Virus record (IMG/VR): IMGVR_UViG_3300031578_000142
Source of the DNA: a virus
DNA: 39,197 nucleotides
Direction: 5' to 3' (one strand)
Positions 14,107-22,969 of this stretch are shown here, piece after piece. Position numbers and translations under genes: made by a program. Every line of letters begins with the position of its first letter. The first letter of the stretch is position 1. The notes below the pieces were generated by a model, which had not been told where the DNA came from, ran no database searches, and was given only the letters and a program-made list of their open reading frames with translations.

Positions 14107-14321
14107 CTAGGCGCAAGGTCTACGGCATCGCATCCGGCATCGCCGCTATATCACTGAGCATCATCTGTGGGGAGTTGGCGGAAGATCTACTGGAGGGCAA
14201 GCAGCACTTCCCGCTACCGGAGCCGATGAAGGTGCTGTGCCTCTTCTACTGCGGGTTGATGGCAATCATGGAATGGAGCAAGGCGCGGAGGGCGCTGACG
14301 GAGAGGGTGAAGAGGGCATGA
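14103..14321 (+). CDS. two-TM small membrane protein with basic C-terminus (holin-like topology)
   Basis: GTG 14103 sits in a GTGA overlap. The hydrophobic segments are YGIASGIAAISLSIICG and VLCLFYCGLMAIMEW, followed by SKARRALTERVKRA. Confidence 0.5.
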   Translation: MTRRKVYGIASGIAAISLSIICGELAEDLLEGKQHFPLPEPMKVLCLFYCGLMAIMEWSKARRALTERVKRA

Positions 14322-14530
14322 TGGAGAAGAAGCTCCCGCCCCTTATTGAGGCTGTGCTCATCAGATACACGGGCCTCTGTCCTCAATGTAAGCGCTATCT
14401 GGACGATCATGACCTCCTCAAGGGGAAGCCTGTATGCCCGGAAGTAGCGGCAACTTGGGCGGCAATTGCTAAGGCAAGTGATTCAAAAAACACGGGGTTT
14501 AGGGCCTCCAAGCGGCAAGGTGGGCGGTAA
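14318..14530 (+). CDS. small Cys-containing protein (70 aa)
   Basis: ATG 14318 sits in an ATGA overlap. The product has LCPQCKRYL...PVCPE. Confidence 0.5.
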   Translation: MMEKKLPPLIEAVLIRYTGLCPQCKRYLDDHDLLKGKPVCPEVAATWAAIAKASDSKNTGFRASKRQGGR

Positions 14531-14533
14531 AAG

Positions 14534-14905
14534 ATGCCTGAGAATTCCACACCTAACGCGAACGGGTGGCGTCCAGTGTTCCTCGCTGCGCTGCGTAATA
14601 GCGCGAACGTGCGGGCGGCAACGCAGGCGGCGGGGATAGACCGAACTACAGCCTACAAAGCCAGGAATCGTTCTCAGGAGTTCCGCCGGCAATGGGAAGA
14701 GGCGATGGAAGATGCCTGCGACCTCTTGGAGGCAGAAGCCTTTCGTCGGGCAATGGCGTCCTCTGACTGGCTGCTGCGTATGCTCCTTTCGGCGCATCGG
14801 CCCGAACGATTCCGTGATACCACCCGCCATGAACTGACCGGGAAGGACGGTGACCGCTTGGCTTTCACCCTGAAGCTTGGGGAGCTGAATGACAACGGCA
14901 ATTAA
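14534..14905 (+). CDS. terS: terminase small subunit (HTH type)
   Basis: FLAALRNSANVRAATQAAGIDRTTAYKARNRSQEFRRQWEEAMEDACDLLEAEAFRRA...LLRMLLSAHRPERF matches the small-terminase pattern. It lies directly upstream of TerL. Confidence 0.75.
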   Translation: MPENSTPNANGWRPVFLAALRNSANVRAATQAAGIDRTTAYKARNRSQEFRRQWEEAMEDACDLLEAEAFRRAMASSDWLLRMLLSAHRPERFRDTTRHELTGKDGDRLAFTLKLGELNDNGN

Positions 14906-16103
14906 GGAAGCGGTCTACACCCGCCCCTGGCTCTACCCCAAGCAGCACGACGCCATTTTCGACCCTGCTCGTTACTCCGTGATTGAGGCATCCACAAAGT
15001 CGGGCAAGACCGTAGGCTGCATTGTCTGGATCACCGAACAGGCGATGCAGGGGAAGGCCGGCTGGAACTACTGGTGGGTGGCACCTATCTACCCTCAGGC
15101 CAAAATCGCCTTCCGTCGCCTCAAGCGCGCCCTACCCCAAGAACTCTACGAGGCAAATGAGACCGAACTGACCATCACCCTTGCCAACGGCACGATTATC
15201 TGGTTCAAGGGCGCTGACAACCCTGACTCCCTCTACGGCGAGGACGTATATGCCGCCGTTCTGGACGAGGCGACACGCATGAAGGAGGAAGCTTGGTTCG
15301 CTGTGCGCACGACACTCACAGCGACCCGTGGCCCCGTCCGCATCATAAGCAACGTCAAGGGCCGCAGGAACTGGGCCTATCGCATGGCCCGGCGCGCTGA
15401 GGCAAAGGACCCGAACATGGCCTATCACAAGCTCATCTGCCATGACGCTGTCGAGGCTGGGGTCCTCAGCGAGGAGGAGGTTCTCGATGCCCAGCGCCAA
15501 CTACCGAAGGACGTATTCGAAGAACTCTACTTGGCCAAAGCCACTGAGGATGGCTCGAACCCCTTTGGCCTACACGCCATCGCTGAGTGCGTTGCGCCCT
15601 TGGGAGAAGGCCCTGCCGTTGCCTGGGGCTGGGACCTGGCCCGCGGAAAGAAGGCAGGGAGCGACTGGACGGTCGGCATCGGGCTGAACAAGGACAGGGC
15701 CGTTTGTGGATTCGACCGCTTCCAGGCCCCGTGGAACCAGCAGATAGAACGCATCCGCTGGCTGACCGGCATCGTGCCTGCCCTGGTGGACGCAACCGGT
15801 GTGGGCGACCCCATCGTCGAGGAGCTTCAGCGCGGCCCAGGCAACTATGAGGGCTTCAACTTCACGTCCCAGAGCAAGCAGCAGATCATGGAAGGTCTGG
15901 CCCTGGTAATCCAGCGCTCCGACATTCGGTTCCCAGACGGTGTGATTGTGGTCGAGCTGGAGACGTTTGAATACGAGTACACCAGGACGGGCGTCAGGTA
16001 CAGCGCGCCGGAGGGCCTCAACGACGACTGCGTGTGCGGCCTCGCCCTGGGGAATCACCATTTCAGGGACAGCGGCCCCCCCAGGTTGAGGTACGTCGGA
16101 TGA
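14889..16103 (+). CDS. terL: terminase large subunit
   Basis: Walker A is EASTKSGKTVG and Walker B-like is AAVLDEATRM. A C-terminal nuclease-like region follows (GWDLARG..DWTV, LVDATGVGDP, NDDCV). Confidence 0.9.
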   Translation: MTTAIKEAVYTRPWLYPKQHDAIFDPARYSVIEASTKSGKTVGCIVWITEQAMQGKAGWNYWWVAPIYPQAKIAFRRLKRALPQELYEANETELTITLANGTIIWFKGADNPDSLYGEDVYAAVLDEATRMKEEAWFAVRTTLTATRGPVRIISNVKGRRNWAYRMARRAEAKDPNMAYHKLICHDAVEAGVLSEEEVLDAQRQLPKDVFEELYLAKATEDGSNPFGLHAIAECVAPLGEGPAVAWGWDLARGKKAGSDWTVGIGLNKDRAVCGFDRFQAPWNQQIERIRWLTGIVPALVDATGVGDPIVEELQRGPGNYEGFNFTSQSKQQIMEGLALVIQRSDIRFPDGVIVVELETFEYEYTRTGVRYSAPEGLNDDCVCGLALGNHHFRDSGPPRLRYVG

Positions 16104-16351
16104 GCAATGAAATCGAGGCCCTAGTGCTACAAGTAGAGGCCCTGCGTCTGGAAATCCGGTGCGCGTTTTCCTGCCTCATAGCAGCAATAGGAGCGGCACA
16201 GGGTGGGGGCGCCATCGATCCTGACCAATTTGAGGTAGTAGAAGCCCTCCATCGAGAAGCCGATCTGCTATCTGAGAAAGCACAACGCATCAGTCGTGGT
16301 GAATGGTCTTTGGGGGGAAAGGATGAGAAGGCAACCATACCGGCCGCCTAA
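16100..16351 (+). CDS. hypothetical protein (83 aa)
   Basis: ATG 16100 sits in an ATGA overlap with the TerL stop. Confidence 0.55.
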   Translation: MSNEIEALVLQVEALRLEIRCAFSCLIAAIGAAQGGGAIDPDQFEVVEALHREADLLSEKAQRISRGEWSLGGKDEKATIPAA

Positions 16352-16447
16352 GCCCGTAGTGTGCCCGAACTCGAGGAGTGGCCAGCATCGGTTCGCAGGG
16401 TTCCCTCATGCCACGGCTAAATGCATTTTCTGCGGGGAGGGCAAGAA

Positions 16448-16678
16448 GTGATTATTGTCAACTCAAAGACAGGCACCTACCACGACAAGGAACACCTTGA
16501 CGAGCGCTGCAACACCGACGACATCTTGGCCGGCGACAGGCTCGAGTACGCGAAGGAACAGCTTGACCTGGACGGGAACCTTCAGCTCACCACAGAGAAG
16601 AAGTGCGGCGCCCTGGCGTTGAAGCCCTGCCAGTGGTGCATCGGGAGGCAAGGCGAGAAGAAGGAGGGAGACAAGTGA
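16448..16678 (+). CDS. hypothetical protein (76 aa; alternative start ATG 16421)
   Basis: GGGGAGGG lies 7 nt before GTG 16448. Confidence 0.5.
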   Translation: MIIVNSKTGTYHDKEHLDERCNTDDILAGDRLEYAKEQLDLDGNLQLTTEKKCGALALKPCQWCIGRQGEKKEGDK

Positions 16679-16887
16679 ACAAGAAGGAACTCGAGGAACG
16701 ACTGGCCCGACTAGGGCCGGGACCTGTCAGCCCCGAACTGGCCCCCCAGGTGCTTTATCTGAGGAAGAAGGTCACCATCCTCACGAACTACCTTCTGTCC
16801 CAGAAATCCCCCAGCCTTCTGCCTCAGACAAGGCAATCCTCTGGCAGGTTTGCGCCCCGACAGAACGATGCTGAAGAAGCTTCTTAG
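16675..16887 (+). CDS. hypothetical protein (70 aa)
   Basis: GTG 16675 sits in a GTGA overlap. Confidence 0.45.
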   Translation: MNKKELEERLARLGPGPVSPELAPQVLYLRKKVTILTNYLLSQKSPSLLPQTRQSSGRFAPRQNDAEEAS

Positions 16888-17035
16888 CAAGTTCCAGCCT
16901 GAGTGGACGCCCAGGCTGCTCGATGTTTGCGGCTTCGGCTGCATCATCGTTGCTGTGGGCATAGCCTTCGGGCCTGCGCCAGGGCTGGCCGCCACAGGGG
17001 TGGCGCTGCTGCTGATCGGCTGGGCGGTGGCATGA
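16868..17035 (+). CDS. two-TM small membrane protein (55 aa)
   Basis: Starts at ATG 16868. The hydrophobic segments are LLDVCGFGCIIVAVGIAF and GLAATGVALLLIGWAVA. Its stop overlaps the portal ATG. Confidence 0.45.
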   Translation: MLKKLLSKFQPEWTPRLLDVCGFGCIIVAVGIAFGPAPGLAATGVALLLIGWAVA

Positions 17036-18369
17036 TGCAGTCATTCCTAAAGGCCGTGTTTCAGAACCGGGCTCCGCTCTACGTTTCCAGAGGCGTACGC
17101 GCCATAGGGGGATATCTTGGTAGCGGATCCGAGGTGCTTCTCAAGACCTATGGCAGCGTCGGCACCGTCTTTGCGATTGTAGACCGCATCATAACCGCCA
17201 CTGCTGGTGCGCACTGGCACCTCTACCAAAAGGCCAAGCCAGGGCAGGAGCTAAAGGAGGTGTTCAGTCACCCCGCTCTCGACCTGTGGGAGCACCCCAA
17301 TCCCTTCTACGACCAGCAGGAGTTTGTCGAGACCATACAGCAGCACCTCGATCTGGTAGGGGAGACCATCTGGTATGTAGGGCGCTCTAACGCCAACCTT
17401 GGCCCTCCCCTGGAACTGTGGCCCATCCGCCCTGACCGCGTGCAGCCCGTACCCGATCCCGTCGAGTTCATCAAGGGTTGGGTCTACACCTGTCCAGGGG
17501 AACCACCGATGCCTTGGAAAACAAACGAGGTCATCCAGTTGAAGCGCCCCAATCCCCTCGACCCTTACCGCGGTCTGGGGCCGGTGCAGTCCATCCTGGT
17601 CGATATCGACTCCGAGCGTTACTCGGCTACCTGGAATCGTAACTTCTTCCTCAACAGCGCCGAGCCCGGTGGCATCATCCAGTTCGATCAGCACTTGAGC
17701 GATGAGGAGTTCGACGAGTTTCGGGAGCGCTGGCAGGAACAGCACAAGGGTGTTGCCAATGCTCACCGTGTCGCCCTACTCGAAAAGGGCACCTGGGTTG
17801 ACCGCAAGTACACCCAGCGAGACATGCAGTTTGAGCAGATGCGGCACCTCAACCGCGAGATCATCCGGGAAGCGTTCGGCTTTCCCAAGCCCATGCTCGG
17901 CGCCGTGGACGACGTCAACCGTGCCAACGCAGAGGCGGCCGAGGTGGTGTTCGCCCGCTGGCTAATCACCCCCCGCCTGGAGCGCATCAAGAGGGCGCTT
18001 AACACGAAGCTCCTGCCCATGTACGGCACCAGTGGCGCCGGCCTGGAATTCGGGTATGACTCGCCTGTCCCAGAGGACGTGGCCGCTGCAGGCACGTTGC
18101 TGGTGCAGACGGTCACGGCGGCGAAGATGCTGATAGACTCCGGCTTCGACCAGGCCGATGTGTTGGTTCAGCTGGACCTGCCTGAAATAAAGGTGTCGGC
18201 CTCCCCCAAGCCCGAGCCTGAACCCAACCCCGTCGCCTCTCCCAACCCCTTCGCCAAGGCCGGTCCGCGCAAGGCCAACGAGAAGAGGATGCAAAGCCTC
18301 TTCTCGGGCATCCTAAACACCGAACTTCGCAAGACCCTGGAAGAGTTGGATGAGGACGACCTGAAATGA
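17032..18369 (+). CDS. portal protein (HK97-type Phage_portal family)
   Basis: ATG 17032 sits in an ATGA overlap. The size (445 aa), position and motifs fit: HPALDLWEHPNPFY, LVGETIWY, ERYSATWNRNFFLNSAEPGGII, ANAHRVALLEKG. Confidence 0.9.
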   Translation: MMQSFLKAVFQNRAPLYVSRGVRAIGGYLGSGSEVLLKTYGSVGTVFAIVDRIITATAGAHWHLYQKAKPGQELKEVFSHPALDLWEHPNPFYDQQEFVETIQQHLDLVGETIWYVGRSNANLGPPLELWPIRPDRVQPVPDPVEFIKGWVYTCPGEPPMPWKTNEVIQLKRPNPLDPYRGLGPVQSILVDIDSERYSATWNRNFFLNSAEPGGIIQFDQHLSDEEFDEFRERWQEQHKGVANAHRVALLEKGTWVDRKYTQRDMQFEQMRHLNREIIREAFGFPKPMLGAVDDVNRANAEAAEVVFARWLITPRLERIKRALNTKLLPMYGTSGAGLEFGYDSPVPEDVAAAGTLLVQTVTAAKMLIDSGFDQADVLVQLDLPEIKVSASPKPEPEPNPVASPNPFAKAGPRKANEKRMQSLFSGILNTELRKTLEELDEDDLK

Positions 18370-18917
18370 CCGTCCCCACATACACCGACTGGTATACAGA
18401 TTATCACGAGGACGTAGAGGCCGCTCTTGTGGATGCCTTCGAGGCCGCGGCTGTTGTCGTTGATCCCTATATGCCACAAGTGGAGGCACATCGGTTGGCC
18501 GTCAAGTTCGCCGAGGAGCGCGCTGGCGAGCTGCTCACGGTGGGCGGACGACACAGCCTGTCGGAGTATACCCTCGAGCGGGTCAGGAGCCTGGTGGCGA
18601 CGGCTATTGCCAATGGTGACAGCCTGAAGGCCCTCCAGAAGAGCCTGAGGGACGACATCGTTTTCAGCAAGGATCGCGCTGCGCTGACCGCTCGGACCGA
18701 GACGGCCATCGCCCACGGCCAGGGCAGCAAGCAGGCGGCGCAGCTCTCGGGGCGCGACGGGAAGCGATGGGAGACTCAGGGCGTAGCTTGTAGTCTTTGC
18801 CTTGGCAACGAGGGCGATGGCGACATTGGCATCGACGAAGTGTTTTCCAGTGGGCATGACACCATTCCTGCCCACCCCAAGTGCGAGTGTAATGTGAGGC
18901 ATTTTCATAGGAGGTAG
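18366..18917 (+). CDS. head morphogenesis protein (SPP1 gp7 / Mu F-like)
   Basis: RAALTARTETAIAHGQGS...KRWETQGVACSLCLGNEGDG...IPAHPKCECNV matches the MuF C-terminal signature. Confidence 0.85.
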   Translation: MTVPTYTDWYTDYHEDVEAALVDAFEAAAVVVDPYMPQVEAHRLAVKFAEERAGELLTVGGRHSLSEYTLERVRSLVATAIANGDSLKALQKSLRDDIVFSKDRAALTARTETAIAHGQGSKQAAQLSGRDGKRWETQGVACSLCLGNEGDGDIGIDEVFSSGHDTIPAHPKCECNVRHFHRR

Positions 18918-18919
18918 CC

Positions 18920-19675
18920 ATGGATAGACCTTCTTGGTACGAGATCAAAAACCTAGGCGGTGAAGAGGCTGATCTCTTCATCTTCAACGAGATCGGTTAT
19001 GGCGGCGTTTCTGCCGAAGCGTTTATGGCCGATCTCCGCACTGTCTTGGCCGGCAAGATCAACCTCCACCTGAATTCGCCCGGCGGGGATGTCTATCAGG
19101 GCATCGGTATCTACACCGCTCTCAAGGGGCACCCTGCCTACGTGACCACCTACGTCGACGCTCTGGCTGCCAGCATCGCCAGCGTGATTGCCATGGCCGG
19201 CGACAAGATAATCATGGCCCGCCACTCCTCGATGATGATCCACGAGGCACAACACATTGTTATAGGTGACGCGGATGACATGAGGGTAATGGCTGTGCGC
19301 CTGGACACCACAAGTGACCAGATCGCCAGCATCTACCAGGAGCGCGTCCCCGGTAGCAAGGCCCTCACCTGGCGCAACCGCATGAAGGCGGAGACCTGGT
19401 ACACCGAGAAGCAGGCAGTGGCCGCGGGCCTGGCCGATGAGGTCGGGGGAAAGGCCACAGCCCAGAACTCCTTCGACCTGAGTAAGTACCACAACGTGCC
19501 GGAGGCCATCTCGAGCGAATCGGAGGCACGAAAGCACTGCCCCGATAGTGAAGATGCGCTCTCCGAGCCCCCTGCCATTCTCGAACCGGATCCACCGGCT
19601 CCCGCCGAAGAGCCGTTTGACCAAGCCGCGGCACTTCGGCAAGCCGCTAGTCTGAAGATTACGGAGGTAATCTAG
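18920..19675 (+). CDS. ClpP-like (S14) prohead maturation protease with acidic/Pro-rich C-terminal extension
   Basis: INLHLNSPGGDVYQGIGIYTALKGHPAYVTTYVDALAASIASVIAMAGDKIIMARHSSMMIHEA carries the ClpP Ser/His context. Confidence 0.9.
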   Translation: MDRPSWYEIKNLGGEEADLFIFNEIGYGGVSAEAFMADLRTVLAGKINLHLNSPGGDVYQGIGIYTALKGHPAYVTTYVDALAASIASVIAMAGDKIIMARHSSMMIHEAQHIVIGDADDMRVMAVRLDTTSDQIASIYQERVPGSKALTWRNRMKAETWYTEKQAVAAGLADEVGGKATAQNSFDLSKYHNVPEAISSESEARKHCPDSEDALSEPPAILEPDPPAPAEEPFDQAAALRQAASLKITEVI

Positions 19676-19676
19676 C

Positions 19677-21020
19677 ATGTGTGCTGCAAGGACAGACATT
19701 AAGCCCCAGTTTGTACCCCCCACCACCCCTGAGGAACTAGAGGAACTCCTCAATGACGAGGTGAAGATGAAGGTGGCTATGGCTGACCCCGCCATCTTCA
19801 AGGCCATCGTCCACGCCTACGCTAAGGCCACTCTGAAGACCAGCGACATCTCGGCGCAGGTCGCTGCGGAGACGCAGAAGACACTGCAGGAGTGGCTCAA
19901 GGAGCAGGGCGTGCAGCGCCCCAACCTGACGGTGCAAATGACGCCGGACACCCCCGTTCACGGCCCCCTTTACAACCCCAAGGCCGCCGGCGCCAAGATT
20001 GACGGTGTCTTCGAAGGCACCGCCGATTACCTGAATGCCATCTGGCACCGCCATCTACAGACCAGGCCTGACCCCCGCGTCATCGAACTTCAGGCGTACA
20101 GCGAGACCATCCCCGACGCTGGTGGTTTCCTGGTCCCGGAGACCCTGCGCTCGGAGATCCTGCGCGTGAGCCTGGAGACTGCCATCGTGCGCCCACGTGC
20201 TCGCGTTATCCCGATGGACTCCCTGCGTGTCCCGCTTCCCTCCATTGACAGCACCACAAACGTGGGCTCCGTCTACGGCGGGATCATTGTCTACTGGACG
20301 CCGGAGTCGGGCAACATCGCCCTCAATGACGCCAAGTTCGGCCGGGTAGTCCTTGAGGCCAAGAAGCTGACAGCTGGCTTCGTAGTCCCGAATGAGCTAC
20401 TCCAGGACAGCATCGTGAGCTTCGCATCCTTCGTCAATGGCCTGCTTCCGGAAGCCATGTCCTTTGCTGAGGACATTGGGTTCTTGACGGGCAGTGGCGT
20501 AGGTGAGCCCCAGGGCGTCCTAAACAGCCCTGCCGTTGTGGTCGTGGCTAAGGAAGCCGCCCAGGTTGCAAGCACCATCGTCTGGCAGAACCTAGTCCAC
20601 ATGTACGCCCGTATGCTTCCTGGCTCTCTCGGCCGGGCAGTCTGGGTTGCCAGCATCGACACATTCCCACAGCTTGCACAGATGGCTCTGGCCATCGGTG
20701 CAGGTGGAAGCGCTATCTGGCTCAACAACGGCCAAGTCGGTCCCCCCGTGACCATCCTGGGCCGCCCGGTGATCTTCACGGAGAAGGTTGCAAAGCTCGG
20801 TTACCAGGGCCAGATAAGCTTCTTGGACCTCGGCTACTACCTAGTCGGCGACCGCCAGACCATGACCGCCAGTTCCAGCGAGCACATCCGCTTCCAGCAA
20901 GATGAGACCATGTACCGCATCATCGAGCGCGTAGATGGTCGTGGCTGGATTCAGAGCGCCATCACCCCGGCAAATGCCAGCCTTGACACTCTCAGCCCGT
21001 TCGTCACCCTGGCTGCCTAG
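19677..21020 (+). CDS. major capsid protein, HK97 fold, with N-terminal delta/scaffold-like domain
   Basis: GGFLVPETLRSEILRVSLETAIVRPRARVIPMDS, KFGRVVLEAKKLTAGFVVPNELLQDS and the gene position after the protease fit this call. Confidence 0.9.
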   Translation: MCAARTDIKPQFVPPTTPEELEELLNDEVKMKVAMADPAIFKAIVHAYAKATLKTSDISAQVAAETQKTLQEWLKEQGVQRPNLTVQMTPDTPVHGPLYNPKAAGAKIDGVFEGTADYLNAIWHRHLQTRPDPRVIELQAYSETIPDAGGFLVPETLRSEILRVSLETAIVRPRARVIPMDSLRVPLPSIDSTTNVGSVYGGIIVYWTPESGNIALNDAKFGRVVLEAKKLTAGFVVPNELLQDSIVSFASFVNGLLPEAMSFAEDIGFLTGSGVGEPQGVLNSPAVVVVAKEAAQVASTIVWQNLVHMYARMLPGSLGRAVWVASIDTFPQLAQMALAIGAGGSAIWLNNGQVGPPVTILGRPVIFTEKVAKLGYQGQISFLDLGYYLVGDRQTMTASSSEHIRFQQDETMYRIIERVDGRGWIQSAITPANASLDTLSPFVTLAA

Positions 21021-21030
21021 AACTGAATCC

Positions 21031-21098
21031 GCTGGTGGGGAGCATTAAAACCCTTCCCACCAGCTAGGCCCACAGGGGCATTGAAACCCCTCGGTGGG
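21031..21098 (+). promoter_or_regulatory. two tandem GC-rich stem-loops with related loops, immediately after the capsid gene
   Basis: Hairpin 1 is 21031-21064 (GCTGGTGGGGAG/CTTCCCACCAGC, loop cattaaaacc). Hairpin 2 is 21069-21098 (CCCAC+AGGGG / CCCCT+GTGGG, loop cattgaaa). Neither has a U-tract. Confidence 0.55.
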
Positions 21099-21117
21099 CA
21101 GGAAGGAAGGGAAAGAA

Positions 21118-21633
21118 ATGGAACGACTAGGACTCGACTACGACATCAGCGCATGTGTCGTGCCGGTTGACTTCACCACGGCCATCAACACCGGCCTGCG
21201 CGTGTGCCTCAGGGACTGCGAGGGCGTCGACTTCGTGGTCATGTCGGCTGTAGGCACGGCCGGAGATGACATGGTCATCGACGTTCAGCAGTGCAACGTC
21301 GCAACCGGCGGCGTGCCCAAGGACTTGGACGTCATCACCCACATGTTCTACAAGTCGGCGGCGACGCTTGCCGGTTCCGAATTGTGGGTGGAGCAGACGC
21401 AGGTCATTGCGTCCGAGATCGCGGTCACCGCGCTCTACCCTATCGCCGAGGAGCAGGACATCCTCGTGCTCCACGTCGAGGCCGCGGACATGGACTTCGC
21501 CGGTGGCTACTACTGGGCCTTCCTGACCATCGCTGACACTGGTACTAACCCACAGCTCGGCTGTGTCATCGCCATCCGCACGGGTCTACTCGTCCAGCGT
21601 AAGCCCAGCAACCTCCGCAACCCGCAGGCGTAG
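21118..21633 (+). CDS. putative capsid-associated protein (171 aa), unknown family
   Basis: GGAAGGAAGGGAAAG RBS. The gene is bracketed by strong hairpins on both sides. Confidence 0.65.
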   Translation: MERLGLDYDISACVVPVDFTTAINTGLRVCLRDCEGVDFVVMSAVGTAGDDMVIDVQQCNVATGGVPKDLDVITHMFYKSAATLAGSELWVEQTQVIASEIAVTALYPIAEEQDILVLHVEAADMDFAGGYYWAFLTIADTGTNPQLGCVIAIRTGLLVQRKPSNLRNPQA

Positions 21634-21639
21634 CTAACA

Positions 21640-21678
21640 GCGGGTGGGGGTAGGGAGATATTCCTGCCCCCAGCCCGC
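21640..21678 (+). promoter_or_regulatory. 15-bp GC-rich stem-loop (terminator-like or RNA-stabilising, no U-tract)
   Basis: GCGGGTGGGGGTAGG - gagatatt - CCTGCCCCCAGCCCGC, with one bulge and one G-U pair. Confidence 0.55.
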
Positions 21679-21697
21679 CCAGAAGTGAGGTGAACAA

Positions 21698-21880
21698 GTG
21701 CCTAAGCTATCGGGAATGCAGTTTGCGGGGGTGGCGATTGTAGGCATCCTCTGCCTGACGATCATCTGCGTTACGGGGCTTCTCACTGACCACAACGGAA
21801 CCCTGCAGATGGGCGTCATTGGGGGGATTGCCGCCGCCATCGGCCTGGCCGCTGGCATAGTAGTACCAGGAAGTAGGTAA
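21698..21880 (+). CDS. two-TM small membrane protein (60 aa)
   Basis: GAGGTG precedes GTG 21698. The hydrophobic segments are FAGVAIVGILCLTIICVTGLL and MGVIGGIAAAIGLAAGIVV. Confidence 0.5.
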   Translation: MPKLSGMQFAGVAIVGILCLTIICVTGLLTDHNGTLQMGVIGGIAAAIGLAAGIVVPGSR

Positions 21881-21885
21881 CAGAT

Positions 21886-22158
21886 ATGAGTTACGTTACA
21901 CTCAACAACCCCCCGCACCTCACGATTCAGCAGGTTGCGGGCGCAGACGAGGCAGGCGCGGGCGTTGACATCACTGTGGCAGGCATGTTGGCTACTGACG
22001 GACTCTACGGAGTCCTCATGTGCAGTGCAGCCTATGTCGCGGAGCAGTGGCGTCCCATCACCGACTTCGAGACCGGAGCGGGCGTCCTGACTGTCGTGGC
22101 CCATCCAGTTGACACCACGGGACACTTCTACCTCATCTTCTGGAAAGACGTGACGTAG
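21886..22158 (+). CDS. hypothetical virion-module protein (90 aa)
   Basis: Clean ORF in the capsid-accessory block. Confidence 0.6.
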   Translation: MSYVTLNNPPHLTIQQVAGADEAGAGVDITVAGMLATDGLYGVLMCSAAYVAEQWRPITDFETGAGVLTVVAHPVDTTGHFYLIFWKDVT

Positions 22159-22159
22159 G

Positions 22160-22939
22160 ATGACCGTCTACAACCGCAGGCTAGAGGGCCAGCTAAACGA
22201 CATCCTGGACATCCTGGGGACCACGAAGACCCTTCTTGTTCCGGGCTGGGAGAAAGAGGGGAGCATCATCTCCGCCATAGGTGCCGCTGGCTTCGTGCCC
22301 AGTGACGAGGCCGGGGCCAACGCCCTCCAGACCTACTTCAGCCCCATCGAGCTTCCCTGCGGCCTCCATCACTACGGCTTCGTGAAGACCGAGAACCACC
22401 ACTTCTCGGGTGCTGACAACGCGGCCTTTACCTTCGATGGTGGGGCAGATGCCCCGTTCAGCGGCGGTATGTGGTATCGCCCAAACGTGGCAGTCCTGGC
22501 CCAAGACCTCTGGGCCAAGTACGAGGCCTTGGCAGAGGAGTTCCGCTTCGGCATCAGTGCGGCGGGCAAGCTCATCCTGGAGCTGCACGACGCCACCGAC
22601 AGCACGTCGGAACTCGCCACAGCCGACACCGTCCTGACATCAGGCAAGTTCGTCTTCGTGGTGTTCACCTATGATGGTACTGCGGCTACTCCAGATATCC
22701 ACCTCTACATCGACGGCGTGGACGACAACCCAACGGGCCTGAGCGTGCCTACAGGCGCCTACCTGCACATGGACGACACCCTTACCCCGCTGACAATCGG
22801 GTGCAGCAGCCTGACGGCCACACCCGCTAATGAGGCCGATGGACGGCTGGCGATCCCCTTCCTCTGTGGGAAGGAGCTGACGGGAGTCAACGTCAAAGAC
22901 CTCTACGCCATCATGAACCCGATGGTGGGACTGAGCTAA
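22160..22939 (+). CDS. LamG / concanavalin-A-like lectin-fold domain protein
   Basis: FSGADNAAFTFDGGADAPFSGGMWYRPN...FRFGISAAGKLILELHD...SGKFVFVVFTYDGTAATPDIHLYIDGV follows the Laminin_G_3 pattern (f.f.......fs...W........l.........g.w.hva.tyDg....lYvDG). Confidence 0.6.
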   Translation: MTVYNRRLEGQLNDILDILGTTKTLLVPGWEKEGSIISAIGAAGFVPSDEAGANALQTYFSPIELPCGLHHYGFVKTENHHFSGADNAAFTFDGGADAPFSGGMWYRPNVAVLAQDLWAKYEALAEEFRFGISAAGKLILELHDATDSTSELATADTVLTSGKFVFVVFTYDGTAATPDIHLYIDGVDDNPTGLSVPTGAYLHMDDTLTPLTIGCSSLTATPANEADGRLAIPFLCGKELTGVNVKDLYAIMNPMVGLS

Positions 22940-22969
22940 ACGCAAGCAGCGATAGAAGGAGAGTGAGAA

